A DNA stretch of 50,335 nucleotides, filler included, from Catajapyx aquilonaris (lineage: Eukaryota), in NCBI GenBank assembly GCA_000934665.2. It is 2 parts of 2 records of this genome, joined end to end, with 100 filler letters (N's around TTAATTAATTAA, not from the genome) between each part and the next. Parts side by side here need not be neighbours in the genome. Positions count along the whole stretch, not along the records: positions 25,330 to 50,335 come from JYFJ02005429.1; 1 more part is not named here. One strand, 5' to 3'. A program made the position numbers and the translations under genes. The notes under the pieces were generated by a model. It worked only from the letters and a program-made list of their open reading frames with translations. It was not told where the DNA came from and did no database searches. Numbering within the stretch: the first letter of the stretch is position 1; the number at the start of each line of letters is the position of its first letter. Below, in pieces: positions 48,718-50,335 of the stretch.

Positions 48718-50335
48718 AAAAAACGCAGAGTGTTCTTAAAACCCTTCACGTGTTATACCCTACCCTAGCTCAAAGAGAGATCTGAAATTGGATATCTGAA
48801 TGGCTTCCACGAAGCAGATCCCAACCGCAAAAATTCCTTCCAATATTTCCTTCCTCACGAAAAAATACAAGGTAAAAAAAAAGAGCGACGGTTCCTTTTT
48901 CTTTCATGCCTTCTCGAATGGGTCGACCCTGACCGCCTTTCGTAAGGCATGTATTGCCATCTCAGAAAGCGAAAGGGTTAAGGCATCATCATCATGATGG
49001 GGGACACCCCTTACATACACTGTACATCCTCACTTTCCCCTCCCTGTAAGTAGGCCCTGCAAGTGCTTGTCTGTTATACTCTAGGTCTCCCCCACAAGGT
49101 TTCCCAGACCTTTGACCTGGAGTATCACTGTGTGAAACACATGTTCCTGTTATTTTTGTGAGCAGTAAGTATAGCGTACAGTTCCGGAACTCTCACGAGT
49201 AAAATCTGTTTTCCGGGAGTGACACAATCGCGACACGACATGTTATGCGCATAAGACATCTAATTTGCTAAATTTGGGGAGGCAGACTACGACCCTTAAG
49301 TGAATTACAGGATGCGGACACTGACTTCCGGATCGTTAAATCCGCAGGTGGATTGCACGCACGCACTTCTAAATCCCAGTTCATAATTATTTTCTTGAAT
49401 TATGCCTTAATAATCTGACCTAACTCTATTGGTTTCACCTGGGGCGATTTCATTAACGCTAGGCTTGAATTAATCATCGGTCATTCAAGTTACAGTACAC
49501 TATGTAAGTGTCACTTGCAATGGATGGGCTCTTTTCCCCTTCTCTCTCTCTCTCTCCTCCTTTAGTATCGTATAAATCTACAATGTAGCTTTCCTCCTGT
49601 GATTTAACTGCATGACCTGGCATGGAAGAAAACCTCTTGTAAATGTAATGAACACGGGTTTTATACGTACGGCTAGATCATCATGGGCAGAATACGGTCC
49701 AGTTTATGGTCACTAAAGTACACGCATATTTCATAACCAGACACTTATTTGTCACCCTCCACCAGTTTAACGTGTTGGTCAGCACTTTAGTGTAAGGAAG
49801 ATAATTTCCTTACATGCCATGAGAATAACAAAAAAAAACAGGAAATATTTTCTGTGCCATGTTGTCGTCTTATTTGCAAACACAATTCTAAGCCCTAATA
49901 AACGGTGGAGAACTATTGTATGACTGGATATATGATATTAATCATAAATAATATGAGTGCTGTACACAACAATCCAATATGAGGCTTATACTGTAACTGA
50001 TCTCTCTATTAGCAATTGAGTGTTCATTGGGTTGCATCATGTCAGGATGAAACAAAGTGGAGGGGGAGGTGACACATTTCCTGAGATACTGCTTTCCATT
50101 GGCAAATCAGATTCTTCATCGTCACATAACACCGTCGGACGTTCAACCAAATTCTTCATTTTTAGCCATCACTGCCCCCCACATGAAAACGTGCAAGTCA
50201 GCCCCTACCCACCCACTAAAAATTCGCAAAAAAAATATTCGCCCCATTCGCACCAGCACGAAACGGCAATATTTCACCCAGAAGCGCCCATCAGTTATCA
50301 TTATGGCGTCCAAACGGCTGCGTGTACGCATTCAC

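Noticed and set aside
34838..50331. Scattered 60-115 aa ORFs in the right-hand region
   Set aside because: No domain similarity, coding-like composition or consistent splice phases.

Overview
This is eukaryotic invertebrate genomic DNA, most likely arthropod (inferred from compact 54-110 nt introns and DRE-like promoter motifs). The first ~33 kb is gene-dense and holds 13 spliced genes whose exons I reconstructed by hand. Three are short secreted C-type lectins (CTLs), two of them head-to-head. Two are long coiled-coil-neck CTL paralogs; the second runs into a LINE fragment and an assembly gap. Four are conserved genes: an SLC22 organic cation transporter, GIPC, OXCT1/SCOT and JMJD7. Four are divergent leucine-rich-repeat genes that all start with an Elongin-BC-box-like motif; three of these form a tandem array with identical exon phases. 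The last ~17.4 kb has no recognisable coding exon. The most notable points are: (1) the BC-box/LRR family, candidate Cullin-2-type ubiquitin-ligase receptors, interleaved with lectins; (2) a U12-type minor intron in OXCT1; (3) a GC-AG intron in JMJD7; (4) a GIPC intron almost entirely filled by a fold-back element with four perfect CRE palindromes; (5) a spliced in-frame uORF with an 11-nt microexon before one LRR gene; (6) a possible dicistronic LRR pair. All calls are by eye, with no database searches.
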